Notes: generated from the letters alone by a model not told the origin. A stretch of 64,000 nucleotides of DNA from Candidatus Saccharimonadales bacterium (GCA_035480035.1 DATIID010000008.1:9721-73720), one strand, 5' to 3'. Shown: positions 18,104 through 27,484, counted from the stretch's first letter. A program made the numbers and translations.

Positions 18104-18664
18104 ATGACCAAGATTGATTTGGCTTTTAAGGCTTTGAAGCGCGTTAATTTCTTACCACCAACAGCTAAACTGTTGGCTGGTTTTGATATGCCCTTGTCAA
18201 TTGGCCACAGCCAAACTAACAGTCAGCCAACTACGGTGCATCGAATGCTTGAATGGCTAGACCCTCAGTCTGGTGATAAAATCCTGGACATCGGTAGCGG
18301 CTCCGGCTGGACAACTGCTCTACTAGCTCATATTGTTGGCCCCAAGGGACAAATTTACGCTGTTGAGCGAGTACCAGAATTAGTTGAGTTTGGTCGCAAA
18401 AATGCTACTAAAGCCGGTGTTAAAAATGCTGAGTTTTCCCAGTCAGGTAAAAAGTTTGGTTTACCCGAATACGCGCCCTTTGACCGAATATTGGTCAGCG
18501 CCAGTGCTGATAAGTTCCCTGCTGAGTTACTTGACCAACTCAAACCTGGTGGCAAATTGGTCATACCTGTCCAAAGCTCAATTTTAGAAGTTACAAAATC
18601 TAAAAATGGCCAAATCAAAACTAATGAACACCCTGGTTTCATTTTCGTCCCACTAATAAAGTAA
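18104..18664 (+). CDS. pcm: protein-L-isoaspartate O-methyltransferase
   Basis: ILDIGSGSGWTTALLAHIVGPKGQIYAVE SAM-binding motif. I prefer the ATG at 18104 (TATAGT at 18092..18097 lies 6 nt upstream). The ORF track starts at 18068. Confidence 0.9.
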   Translation: MTKIDLAFKALKRVNFLPPTAKLLAGFDMPLSIGHSQTNSQPTTVHRMLEWLDPQSGDKILDIGSGSGWTTALLAHIVGPKGQIYAVERVPELVEFGRKNATKAGVKNAEFSQSGKKFGLPEYAPFDRILVSASADKFPAELLDQLKPGGKLVIPVQSSILEVTKSKNGQIKTNEHPGFIFVPLIK

Positions 18665-18671
18665 CAAACTC

Positions 18672-19172
18672 TTACTTTTTGTGGGATTTTTCGTAGTCGG
18701 CAATGGCTTTGGCCACTTGGCCGTCAGACTTCATGTTTTCCCAAAGAGTTATGTTTTTTCGTTCAATCACCATTTTATCTTCGGGTGAATGCAGTTCCTT
18801 GCCCAATTTCGTTAGCGCTATTTGGCCAGCAATCGTTCCGTCAGGGTTAATATTGCCACTTTTTAAGTAATAAATATCCTCAAGCGTTAGTGTACTGGCA
18901 TCAACGTGTGTAATTTTGCCGAAGTAAACCTGATTATTGTTCAAAAACACGGCCTGGAATTCATTTTTGTCGATTTGGGCGGCAAAATATTTATTGGGTT
19001 GTTCAAGTTTAGTAACTCGGCTGTCTAGATCGTTAGCTAGACTCTTTACGGAGGTTATTTCTTTGACTAAATAACCAGCCAACACTAAAGATGCTATTAA
19101 TATTGGCAAAATTAGCGACTGAAAGTTAAACTTTTTCGATTTAGTTGATGAATTGGATGATGGTTGATCCAT
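18672..19172 (-). CDS. membrane-anchored hypothetical protein (166 aa)
   Basis: GAAGGA Shine-Dalgarno. One TM helix followed by a soluble domain (FQAVFLNNNQVYFGKI...EDIYYLK). Confidence 0.6.
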   Translation of the reverse strand: MDQPSSNSSTKSKKFNFQSLILPILIASLVLAGYLVKEITSVKSLANDLDSRVTKLEQPNKYFAAQIDKNEFQAVFLNNNQVYFGKITHVDASTLTLEDIYYLKSGNINPDGTIAGQIALTKLGKELHSPEDKMVIERKNITLWENMKSDGQVAKAIADYEKSHKK

Positions 19173-19201
19173 AATTTATTCCTTCATTAGTTAAATTTAA
19201 A

Positions 19202-19519
19202 CTAGGTTGACTCTTCCACCCTTATCAGAAAAATCCGATCTTCAAAACCACCTCGGCTAACGGCCCTCTCTTGTCGAACAGATTCCAAATGTTCACTGTT
19301 AAATCCATAAGCTACACTGATAGCGCCTATAACCTCTTGGACATCAGCTAGTTCTAACATGTTAGGATTATCTTTAAACTCCCGACTTTCTTCTTCTAGC
19401 TTATCTAATAAAGCTTGCTTATATTCATCTTTATTAAGTACCCGAGTAACAGGAGTATGGCCATCCGCTTCAATAATTTCAGGTATTCTGTCTCGAACTA
19501 ATTTGCCGTATTCTGTCAT
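19202..19519 (-). CDS. MazG-superfamily house-cleaning NTP pyrophosphohydrolase-like protein
   Basis: KLVRDRIPEII N-terminus and the E-rich helix pair LEEESREF...ELADVQEV, typical of this small MazG-like family. Its start overlaps the upstream stop (ATGA). Confidence 0.75.
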   Translation of the reverse strand: MTEYGKLVRDRIPEIIEADGHTPVTRVLNKDEYKQALLDKLEEESREFKDNPNMLELADVQEVIGAISVAYGFNSEHLESVRQERAVSRGGFEDRIFLIRVEEST

Positions 19520-20043
19520 AACAAAAAGGCTTTGCCGGTGTCGATCTCTTCTTTGACGGTGTCCATCAGCAATTTATTATTGAGCTTTAATTCTTGCCCA
19601 CCGCCGTTGATAACAATGTTTATCCATTTGTGCCCGGGATTTTCCTGCATTTCATAGGGCACTTTTTTATCATCCAAAATCAGCCGCGCGGCATCAAAAT
19701 TTGGAAACAAAAATTCGGCGTGTTCGAAACCGACGACGTCTTTGCCAGCTTTTTCAGGCCGTGGTTCCATAATCTCGACCCAACTAACTTCGCCAAAGCG
19801 ACCAATGTTGATTGAGCCATTAATCTGGACACTAGCCAACCGGCGTTTGTTCATAATAACAGATGTGATCTGGAAAGAGTGCGGCCTGAAAAGCTCAATA
19901 AGTCGGGCGAAATCGGCGCCATCCTTGCCCTTAATAGCCACGTGATCGGGCTTGTTAAACCATTCTTCAGGCAATTGATGAAGAGCCACAAACTTATTTA
20001 GCGCCCCGACATAGCTTTTGATTTGTTCTAAAAACTGCTCCAC
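19516..20043 (-). CDS. VOC-fold YecM-like protein (paralog 1)
   Basis: PDHVAIK...WVEIMEPRPEKAGKDVVGFEHAEFLFP parallels E. coli YecM (DHISLR...VELPWPGEKRYPHEGWEHIEIVLP). Confidence 0.65.
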   Translation of the reverse strand: MEQFLEQIKSYVGALNKFVALHQLPEEWFNKPDHVAIKGKDGADFARLIELFRPHSFQITSVIMNKRRLASVQINGSINIGRFGEVSWVEIMEPRPEKAGKDVVGFEHAEFLFPNFDAARLILDDKKVPYEMQENPGHKWINIVINGGGQELKLNNKLLMDTVKEEIDTGKAFLL

Positions 20044-20051
20044 ATTTCCCT

Positions 20052-20573
20052 CTAAATTCTCGTTGCCTTACGCATCGCCATTTCGTCCCAAACAATATTT
20101 TGGGTGGCTCTACTTGTCAATTTTACCTCTCGATCGTTACCAAAGCCAACCTCAATATAACTGCCAAAATCATGCTTACGTTTAGTAAACGGTATTTCTT
20201 TTTCGGTTAATTCGTCTTTGGTTTTGTCATAATCAACTCGGTAAAAGCCGACGTGATCTAAACCAATGCGATCCTGCCCCTTTGACTTTGGTTTTGGCTC
20301 TGAAATCCTCACCCAATCAATTGGGCCGAATGGCGGCAGAGCTATAGTGCCGAGCAATTCAGCTGTGGCAACCAATCGATCGTCACGTCTGACGGCGGTT
20401 ATCTCGTGTGACATCGGCCGAAATTTCTCAATTAACTTATTGAAATCATCTTCATCGGCCGCTTTTAAGGCAAGGTAATCCGGCATACGGTTGAAAACTT
20501 TTAGGCCAGTCTGGTGGCGAAAATCATTCAGTTCTTGAGCATAATCACCTAATTGTAGCTCTAGCTCTTTCAT
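20052..20573 (-). CDS. VOC-fold YecM-like protein (paralog 2; ORF track starts at the TTG at 20612)
   Basis: PDYLALK...WVRISEPKPKSKGQDRIGLDHVGFY aligns residue for residue with paralog 1. The ATG at 20573 gives the same N-terminal length. Confidence 0.65.
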   Translation of the reverse strand: MKELELQLGDYAQELNDFRHQTGLKVFNRMPDYLALKAADEDDFNKLIEKFRPMSHEITAVRRDDRLVATAELLGTIALPPFGPIDWVRISEPKPKSKGQDRIGLDHVGFYRVDYDKTKDELTEKEIPFTKRKHDFGSYIEVGFGNDREVKLTSRATQNIVWDEMAMRKATRI

Positions 20574-20618
20574 AGTTAACTCATAATAACACCTGTAAAA
20601 CCGACTAACCAAAAGCGC

Positions 20619-21185
20619 TTATTTGAAAATTTCTTCAAGTAGTTCCGGAAATTCCGGCGTTTTCATAGTACCAATTGTAAAATGGCCGTAATCGTGAAAA
20701 ATTCGGACATCCAAATTCGGTATTTCGGCTTTTAACTTTTTAAGCGAAGTCTGCATCTCTTCTTTGTCATTATCGGAGTGAAAAACAATTAAACTTTGAG
20801 TGCGTTTAACAAAGTCGGGGTCAATTTTAAAGTCAAAGAAATCTTTATCGCTTCTTTCGACATCAATCCAGGGAGCTACCAGCACAACTTTGCCAACCTT
20901 TAGTTTGGGATGTTCACTGAGATAGCGTACCCAGAAACCGCCGCCGCAACTGTGCCCTACTAAAATGGTTTCGGGCCCAATTTCAAACCGCTCGACTTCT
21001 TTAACCCACTCTTTCCAAACCGGTTGAAACGAAAACGGCACTTCGGGCGTAACCGCTGCAATGTCATGTTTAAGTAATTGGCTTTGTAGCCATGGCAGCC
21101 AGTGTGAGTTGCTCATACTCGGCCGATCCGGGTTGTAATATTCGGCTTTGCTTGGCCGCCCATGTAAAATAATCGCGTTTTTCAT
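20619..21185 (-). CDS. alpha/beta serine hydrolase, YdeN/RBBP9-like
   Basis: ILHGRP...WLPWL...LVGHSCGGGF nucleophile elbow, with the C-terminal His in HDYGHF. Confidence 0.75.
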   Translation of the reverse strand: MKNAIILHGRPSKAEYYNPDRPSMSNSHWLPWLQSQLLKHDIAAVTPEVPFSFQPVWKEWVKEVERFEIGPETILVGHSCGGGFWVRYLSEHPKLKVGKVVLVAPWIDVERSDKDFFDFKIDPDFVKRTQSLIVFHSDNDKEEMQTSLKKLKAEIPNLDVRIFHDYGHFTIGTMKTPEFPELLEEIFK

Positions 21186-21195
21186 TTCGCATTCA

Positions 21196-21771
21196 TCATA
21201 GCACTCTAATAATCTTATGGCGTGATAATAAAACTACAGTAAATATAAGATTTATGACGATTAAATATAAGGGGCTTGCTATAGCTGTAATTCTTGTACT
21301 AGTTGCTGCAAAAGACGCAAACACTGCACCTAGACCGGATAACGCAAATGTAATCCATGTTTCTTCATATGGTCTTTGCCAGGCATGTTTTAGTGTTGGC
21401 ATTGAGCCGATTAAGTCGATTGTTATACTAGCTAGCACAGCAATGGCTGGTGAGTTGAAAATGAACCACAAAATTAGACCAACTATTGCACCAAATTGAC
21501 ATGCAATATCAAACAACGCAAATTCTTTATTGCCGTATTTCAGACCCAAAATCACAACTGCTAGGCACTCAACGCTAGCTGATAAAGACAAAATTCCAGC
21601 TGCATATTGATGATCGCTTAAAGATGCTGCAGCTGAAATTCCACCTAATAAAGCCCAAGTAAACCACGAAACCACACGCGGTTTCGTCTTTCTTTTCAAA
21701 ATATCAACAATGTAAGGTAAAGTGGCCGAAATAGTAATAATACTACTGAGAATAATTAGAATTTGTCTCAT
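21196..21771 (-). CDS. polytopic membrane protein (about 6 TM), unknown function
   Basis: Hydrophobicity pattern only. The N-terminal LPYIVDILKRK is faintly PQ-loop-like. Confidence 0.6.
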   Translation of the reverse strand: MRQILIILSSIITISATLPYIVDILKRKTKPRVVSWFTWALLGGISAAASLSDHQYAAGILSLSASVECLAVVILGLKYGNKEFALFDIACQFGAIVGLILWFIFNSPAIAVLASITIDLIGSMPTLKHAWQRPYEETWITFALSGLGAVFASFAATSTRITAIASPLYLIVINLIFTVVLLSRHKIIRVL

Positions 21772-21794
21772 ATCGGACTAATCATAGCACTGGG

Positions 21795-22238
21795 TTAATT
21801 AAGCGCCCAGATGTTGTCGACGGCAAACACCGGCACAAGTAGCGGCATATCAAGCTGGCCTTCGTCAGGGTCATCGGGCTCAACCGGACGTAAAACTGTT
21901 ACATCAAATAAATCCAAACATAGTGAATTCAATGCCCGGCCAATGTGAACATAACGAACGGTCGAAAAGTGCCCTTTAACATCCATCTCACCAAATTGAA
22001 GACCGTCATAAACTTGCTCCTCAATCGTTAAGCCACGATTGAGGACAAAAGCGCTTGCGGTACGCAGTGCTACCCTGTTCATCCTGTAAGTTTCTTTCGG
22101 ATCGCCAAGTATATCAAGTGCATTTTGGGCAATTTCTTTGGCCATATCCGGTGGAGCGATAGTAATCGTTCTTTGGAGTTCCTGAGCCGTTCTTAAAACA
22201 TCATTAGCGATAAACAGTTTTGTTTCATCCACGTCCAT
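21795..22238 (-). CDS. hypothetical protein (147 aa)
   Basis: ORF with TATGAT 9 nt upstream of the ATG. No recognised family. Confidence 0.55.
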   Translation of the reverse strand: MDVDETKLFIANDVLRTAQELQRTITIAPPDMAKEIAQNALDILGDPKETYRMNRVALRTASAFVLNRGLTIEEQVYDGLQFGEMDVKGHFSTVRYVHIGRALNSLCLDLFDVTVLRPVEPDDPDEGQLDMPLLVPVFAVDNIWALN

Positions 22239-22253
22239 TTGCTCTTAATCATA

Positions 22254-22940
22254 TCAGAATAAGATTTGTAGAATTTGGGTATCGGGAGTTTGCTGATTGG
22301 CTAAATCATAAACAGTATTGACGTATCTATAGCCATTATTGACCATTTGACCGAACATGTAGCCTCTGTCGAGGCTCAAAGTCTCTGGGTTAATCGGATT
22401 CAATGCTTGCGGCTTATCACTGGGGTGACGGTACATCAATAGCCCAGCCAGTGCCACTTCTCGGTCACTCGTTAAAATAGCACTGACATGCCCGGGATTT
22501 GCCTCATTAATATTCTGGTATAACATCATGTCGCCCAAAGACGGTACTAAATGGCGCCTGTGCATGTGCCTAAATGGACCTTGACGCTTCTCAAAGACTT
22601 GATAGGTTTCAAAATCAACCAGAGCTTCGTCTGGAGCTTGATCCTCTGAGCTTTCCGGATGTGAGTGAAGCGTAAAAAGTATATCATCACGCATATGGTC
22701 GTCTTGATCATGAATGATTGTCTTCATTTCAAGTCTCTTAACCAGTTCACCGTCAAAATCTCCCCAATAATCACCGTATACTAATTCTGAAATTCTAAAA
22801 CCTAAACCCAATGAATAAACTGCAAAACCAGCCTCCATTTCGGCCTCTATGGTATGGTTAGCCACTTTGTGTAAGCTATCACCAAATTCTGGTGATTCAA
22901 CCAACTCAATAAGTAACTCTGGGTTCTCAAAGCTCGACAT
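22254..22940 (-). CDS. hypothetical protein, possibly a JAB/MPN-like metalloprotease fold with an insertion
   Basis: EAEMEAGFAVY, then LHSHPE, then VPSLGDMMLY, resembling E...HSHP...PSxxD but with about 37 aa inserted. TATAAT lies 8 nt upstream of the ATG. Confidence 0.55.
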   Translation of the reverse strand: MSSFENPELLIELVESPEFGDSLHKVANHTIEAEMEAGFAVYSLGLGFRISELVYGDYWGDFDGELVKRLEMKTIIHDQDDHMRDDILFTLHSHPESSEDQAPDEALVDFETYQVFEKRQGPFRHMHRRHLVPSLGDMMLYQNINEANPGHVSAILTSDREVALAGLLMYRHPSDKPQALNPINPETLSLDRGYMFGQMVNNGYRYVNTVYDLANQQTPDTQILQILF

Positions 22941-22992
22941 TAATGTATATTATAACATCTTAATGTTAATTGGTCAGGCCTCAATCATAGAA

Positions 22993-23970
22993 TCACTTAA
23001 TCCCGAGATTCCGGCGAATTCTGTCATGAATGGAGCGTGAACGACTTGGTCGAAAAGTCTTCCCTGTTAATCGTTCGTAAACTTGAACGTAACGCCGAGA
23101 CATTTCCTCGATAACATCAGGAGGAGGTTCGGGCATAGTTTCATCATTGTATGGGTCTGAGTGCTCCTGATACCACAATCTTAAAAATTCTTTGTCGTAA
23201 TATTCTTGTTCTGCTCCCTGTTCAAACTTATTGTGGTAATCCTCAGCTAGCCAATAGCGCGATGAGTCGGGAGTGTGTATTTCATCGATTGAAACAATTT
23301 TATCGTCCGGTCGACGGCCAAATTCATATTTAGTATCGACCAAAATCAAACCGCTACGCCGGGCCACTACATGACCAACGGCGTATAGTGCTCGAGCAAC
23401 ATCTTCAAGATATGTATATGTATTTTGGTCGGCTAAGCCAGTGCTAATTATTTCATCAGCCGTTAATGGGCGATCGTGCTCTTCAAATTTTGTAGTAGGT
23501 GTCACGACCGGTGCCGACAGCCGTTCGTTTTTTTGTAGACCATCGGGTAATAAAAAAGTACCAAAATCCCGTTCGCCGGCTTCATATTGCGGCCAAAGCG
23601 ACGTATTGGTGACACCAGTTATATAGCCCCGTACTACCATTTCTATTGGCAGCACTTCGAATTCTTTAGCTACCATGACATTTGGATCTGGATAACTAAC
23701 TGTTGCATCCTCAATAATCAACCTTGAATGAGTTTGCCAAAATTTAGTCAGCCGATTCACAATTTCACCCTTGTAAGGCACTTCGGTCAAATTGCGATCA
23801 AAGGCCGAGTAGCGGTCGGTGGTAATAAACGTCGCTAAACCATCTTTTTTATAAATATCCCTGACTTTGCCGACTGTTTTCTCGCCTAATTCTGGAAAAT
23901 CCGTTGATTCAAGGATAACAGCCGGATTAGAGCCCAAAAATTCTCTAGCACACGGCTCCGACTCACTCAT
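22993..23970 (-). CDS. purC: phosphoribosylaminoimidazole-succinocarboxamide (SAICAR) synthase, long form
   Basis: GKVRDIY...TTDRYSAFDR...PYKGEIVNRLTKFW...VDTKYEFG. Confidence 0.9.
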   Translation of the reverse strand: MSESEPCAREFLGSNPAVILESTDFPELGEKTVGKVRDIYKKDGLATFITTDRYSAFDRNLTEVPYKGEIVNRLTKFWQTHSRLIIEDATVSYPDPNVMVAKEFEVLPIEMVVRGYITGVTNTSLWPQYEAGERDFGTFLLPDGLQKNERLSAPVVTPTTKFEEHDRPLTADEIISTGLADQNTYTYLEDVARALYAVGHVVARRSGLILVDTKYEFGRRPDDKIVSIDEIHTPDSSRYWLAEDYHNKFEQGAEQEYYDKEFLRLWYQEHSDPYNDETMPEPPPDVIEEMSRRYVQVYERLTGKTFRPSRSRSIHDRIRRNLGIK

Positions 23971-23994
23971 CTCACTTTAATATAGCACCTTATC

Positions 23995-24813
23995 TCATGG
24001 TACGTAGGTTGGATCCCAACTAGAATGATAATTATCATCTAGCTGAGCTAGTGTCGTCCTGTCTATGTCGTCCAGTCTAAAATCAAAAATCTGAATGTTT
24101 TCCTTTATCCGACCCGGATTGCTGGACTTTGGCAAAACGACTAGGTCTTGCTCAACACACCACCTTAACATTATTTGAGCTGTAGATTTATTGTGTTTTT
24201 TGGCAATTGCCATTAGTGTTTCGTTGTTCATACTACGACCATGCACTAGCGGTGAGTAGGCCTCCACGACAATATCATTCTGCTTACAATAATCCAGCAG
24301 TTTTGGTTGCTGTAAAAACACGTGTATTTCAACTTGGTTTACAGCCGGTTTAACTTCACATTCATTTAACAACTTCTTAAGGTGGCGAATTGTGTAATTG
24401 CTAACCCCAATCGATTTTGCCCTACCAGAGCGATGAATTTCTTCCAGTTTTTTCCAGGCAGTATGCCGCAATTTCGTCACTGGAAAGTGTAAAAGCAGTA
24501 AGTCGACATAGTCAGTCTGGAGCTTCTCTAAAGATTTTTCAAAACTTGGGATAACTCGCGATGGTAGAAAATTATCAATTGAGATTTTGGTGGTTATAAA
24601 AATATCTTGGCGCTTTATATTGCTTTCTTTTATGGCCACGCCAACAAATTGCTCGTTAGCGTAGTACTGGGCAGTGTCAAAGTGCCGATAACCTGCTTCA
24701 AGCGCTACTTTAATAGCTTTCTTACACTCGGACTCGTCTTTAATTAGCCAAGTCCCCAACCCGATTTGTGGAATTTGTTGCCCGTTATTGAGTTTAAGAT
24801 TAGTCACTGCCAT
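23995..24813 (-). CDS. aldo/keto reductase (2,5-diketo-D-gluconate reductase-like)
   Basis: LGTW...GYRHFDTAQYY...HFP...IGVSNY...NQVE pattern. Confidence 0.9.
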   Translation of the reverse strand: MAVTNLKLNNGQQIPQIGLGTWLIKDESECKKAIKVALEAGYRHFDTAQYYANEQFVGVAIKESNIKRQDIFITTKISIDNFLPSRVIPSFEKSLEKLQTDYVDLLLLHFPVTKLRHTAWKKLEEIHRSGRAKSIGVSNYTIRHLKKLLNECEVKPAVNQVEIHVFLQQPKLLDYCKQNDIVVEAYSPLVHGRSMNNETLMAIAKKHNKSTAQIMLRWCVEQDLVVLPKSSNPGRIKENIQIFDFRLDDIDRTTLAQLDDNYHSSWDPTYVP

Positions 24814-24835
24814 TAAACTTCCTGATTCTCGTTAA

Positions 24836-27484
24836 TCAAAGTTCGCCCCAGTTTTTGCCAGTTGAGGCGTCGACGTCGAGTTTGACTGGTAGTTTATAGA
24901 CGGCTTCCATAGTTTCTTTCAGCATTTTTGCGGTATCTTCGGCCTTATCTTCTGGGCATTCGACAATTAAAGAGTCGTGGATTTGCAGTAAAATCTTGCA
25001 ATCATCACTCTGTAACTTTTTATAAACATCAATCATCGCCATTTTCATCAGGTCGGCTTCGGTACCTTGAATCGGCATATTTATTGCTTGGCGGTAAGCG
25101 GCCTCGCGAACCATGAAGTTGGACGAGTGAATGTCCGGGGTTGGCCGACGACGACCAAACAAAGTCTCGACATAGCCATCCTTTTCGGCCTTTTCACGCA
25201 AATGCTTCATGTAGTCAAGCAAAGGTTTACGCAGTTCAAAATATTTATCAATAAAAGCTTTAGCGGCAGCCATGGTCATGCCAGTCGCCACACTCAAACC
25301 ATGCGGGCTCATGCCATAAATTACGCCAAAATTAATCACCTTGGCGTCGCGGCGCATCTGTTTGGTAACTTCGTCTGGGTCACGATTGTAAACCTGGGCC
25401 GCTGTCATAGTGTGGACATCTACCCCGTCATTAAACATCTTGATTAACTCTTCGTCGTTAGCCAAATAAGCCGCTAAGCGTAGTTCGAACTGGTTGTAGT
25501 CAGCGCTGACTAGCATCTTGCCAGGGCTAGCCACAAAAGCCGTACGGATTTGCTTGCCAAGTTCAGTGCGCACCGGAATGTTTTGCAGGTTCGGATCATT
25601 ACTGCTTAACCGGCCTGTTGGCGCCACGGCAATATCGTAAGTGGTGTGCACCCTGGAATTTTCGTCAATCTGTTGTGGCAAAGTATCGACATAGGTGTTT
25701 TTGAGTTTGGTGTATTCGCGATATTCGGTAATCAAATTAATAATCGGGTGGGATTCCCGTAGTTTATCCAGCTCAGTGGCCGCTGTTGAGTAACCAGTTT
25801 TGCCTTTTTTAATCGACTTGGTATCAAGGTTTAGTTTGTTAAACAAAATATCAGCCAACTGGACTGGACTGCTGATGTTGAATTCTTGATTAGCATGCCC
25901 ATAAACCTTCTGTTCGATATCGCTGATTTGGTCAGCCAGCTGTTCACCCATAATCTCGAGATAACCACCGTCCAATCGAATGCCCTCTTTTTCCATGTCG
26001 GCAATTACTGGAATAACCGGCCATTCAATGTCTTTGGCTAATTTAGCCAGCTTAGGGATGACTTTAAGCTCTTCAGTTTGTTTCTTATATAAAGAATTAA
26101 TGACGGAGATAATTTCTGGTTCGAGGCCAATTAACTCAGTGCCGTCAAGTTCTTCAAAGCCAGCACCCTCGTAGCCAATTTCGACTTGGGCAAGTTCAGT
26201 TAAATTCTGCTCCCGGCGTAGTGAATTAAGTAGAAACGAGCCAATTTGAACATCATGTTCGACTGGCGGCATGTCCAAATCAAGCTCAATAAACAATTGA
26301 AGCGTTGATTTGACATCATAGCCGATTAACGACTTGTCTTTTAATGCAGTCTTTAGCGTTTGAGCAGCCGCCTGGTGGTCGATACTGGCTAGATCAATTA
26401 TAAAAACCCGCTTTTTCGGCTCGACGCTTAACGCAATTACCAGCGGATCTTTGCCGTGTTTACCAGCCGTGCGGCTATGGACAAAAACTTTGTCAGAGCC
26501 CGATAAGTCTAGTTGCTTGAGTTTATCAGCGGAATTTATATAAACGTTTTGGCCTAGATTATCAGGTTTAAATGAACTGTGATCGTCGGCTGGTTCCTGA
26601 ACTTTCATGATTTCAGGAAGTTGTCGTACAAGGCTACGAAATTCCAGTCGCTGTAATATATCGCGGATTTCTTCGGGGTTAGCTTTGCTGCCATCAACTT
26701 CCTTGAGATTAAGTTTGATCGGCGCGTCAGTCCAAATAGCACCTAGTTTTTTACTTAAATAAGCCAGGTCTTTGCCGGCCTCGAGTTTCTTGCGAGTAGA
26801 TTCTTTAGTCAATTCAAGATTGTCATAGACACCATCAAGAGTTTTGAACTCTTTTAGTAGTTCAATGGCGCCTTTTTCGCCAATGCCGGGTACGCCTGGA
26901 ATGTTATCTGAGCTGTCACCTTTTAAAGCTTTCAGGTCTAGAAATTGTTCTGGCGTAATGCCATATTTCAGGATAAAAGTTTCCGGACGAAACAGCTCGA
27001 TGTTGCTCAAACCCTTTTTCAGTGCATAGACGTGAACAAGTGGGTGAACTAGTTGCAGCATGTCTAAATCAGAGGTGACTAGTTGAGTCTCGATGCCCTT
27101 TTTTGTAGCTTGTAGTGCGAGTGTGCCCATAATGTCGTCGGCCTCATAATCGTCCAGCTCATAGAGTGGCCAGCCAAACGCTTGAAGCAATTCATGTAAA
27201 ATTGGCACTTGCTCGTAAAAGTCTGGTGGCGCCGGCTTGCGTCCAGCTTTATATTCCGGATAGAGCTTGAGTCGCTTGCGAATATTGGTTTTCGGTTTGT
27301 CCCAGGCTACACACACGTAATCCGGCTTTAGCCGTCGAAGTACTTCCAACGCCATGGTCGCAAAACCAAACACGCCGCCGGTTGGCTTGCCATCATTTGT
27401 ACTCAAATTGGGCATGGCATAATAGCCACGGTAAAAGACTGATTTTCCGTCGATAATAGCTAGTTTTTTATGCTCCGCCATCAC
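24836..27484 (-). CDS. polA: DNA polymerase I
   Basis: 5'-nuclease domain, then a 3'-5' exonuclease-like domain, then the family A polymerase motifs (DYNQFELR, RRDAKVINFGVIYG, QIHDSLIVE). Confidence 0.97.
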   Translation of the reverse strand: MMAEHKKLAIIDGKSVFYRGYYAMPNLSTNDGKPTGGVFGFATMALEVLRRLKPDYVCVAWDKPKTNIRKRLKLYPEYKAGRKPAPPDFYEQVPILHELLQAFGWPLYELDDYEADDIMGTLALQATKKGIETQLVTSDLDMLQLVHPLVHVYALKKGLSNIELFRPETFILKYGITPEQFLDLKALKGDSSDNIPGVPGIGEKGAIELLKEFKTLDGVYDNLELTKESTRKKLEAGKDLAYLSKKLGAIWTDAPIKLNLKEVDGSKANPEEIRDILQRLEFRSLVRQLPEIMKVQEPADDHSSFKPDNLGQNVYINSADKLKQLDLSGSDKVFVHSRTAGKHGKDPLVIALSVEPKKRVFIIDLASIDHQAAAQTLKTALKDKSLIGYDVKSTLQLFIELDLDMPPVEHDVQIGSFLLNSLRREQNLTELAQVEIGYEGAGFEELDGTELIGLEPEIISVINSLYKKQTEELKVIPKLAKLAKDIEWPVIPVIADMEKEGIRLDGGYLEIMGEQLADQISDIEQKVYGHANQEFNISSPVQLADILFNKLNLDTKSIKKGKTGYSTAATELDKLRESHPIINLITEYREYTKLKNTYVDTLPQQIDENSRVHTTYDIAVAPTGRLSSNDPNLQNIPVRTELGKQIRTAFVASPGKMLVSADYNQFELRLAAYLANDEELIKMFNDGVDVHTMTAAQVYNRDPDEVTKQMRRDAKVINFGVIYGMSPHGLSVATGMTMAAAKAFIDKYFELRKPLLDYMKHLREKAEKDGYVETLFGRRRPTPDIHSSNFMVREAAYRQAINMPIQGTEADLMKMAMIDVYKKLQSDDCKILLQIHDSLIVECPEDKAEDTAKMLKETMEAVYKLPVKLDVDASTGKNWGEL

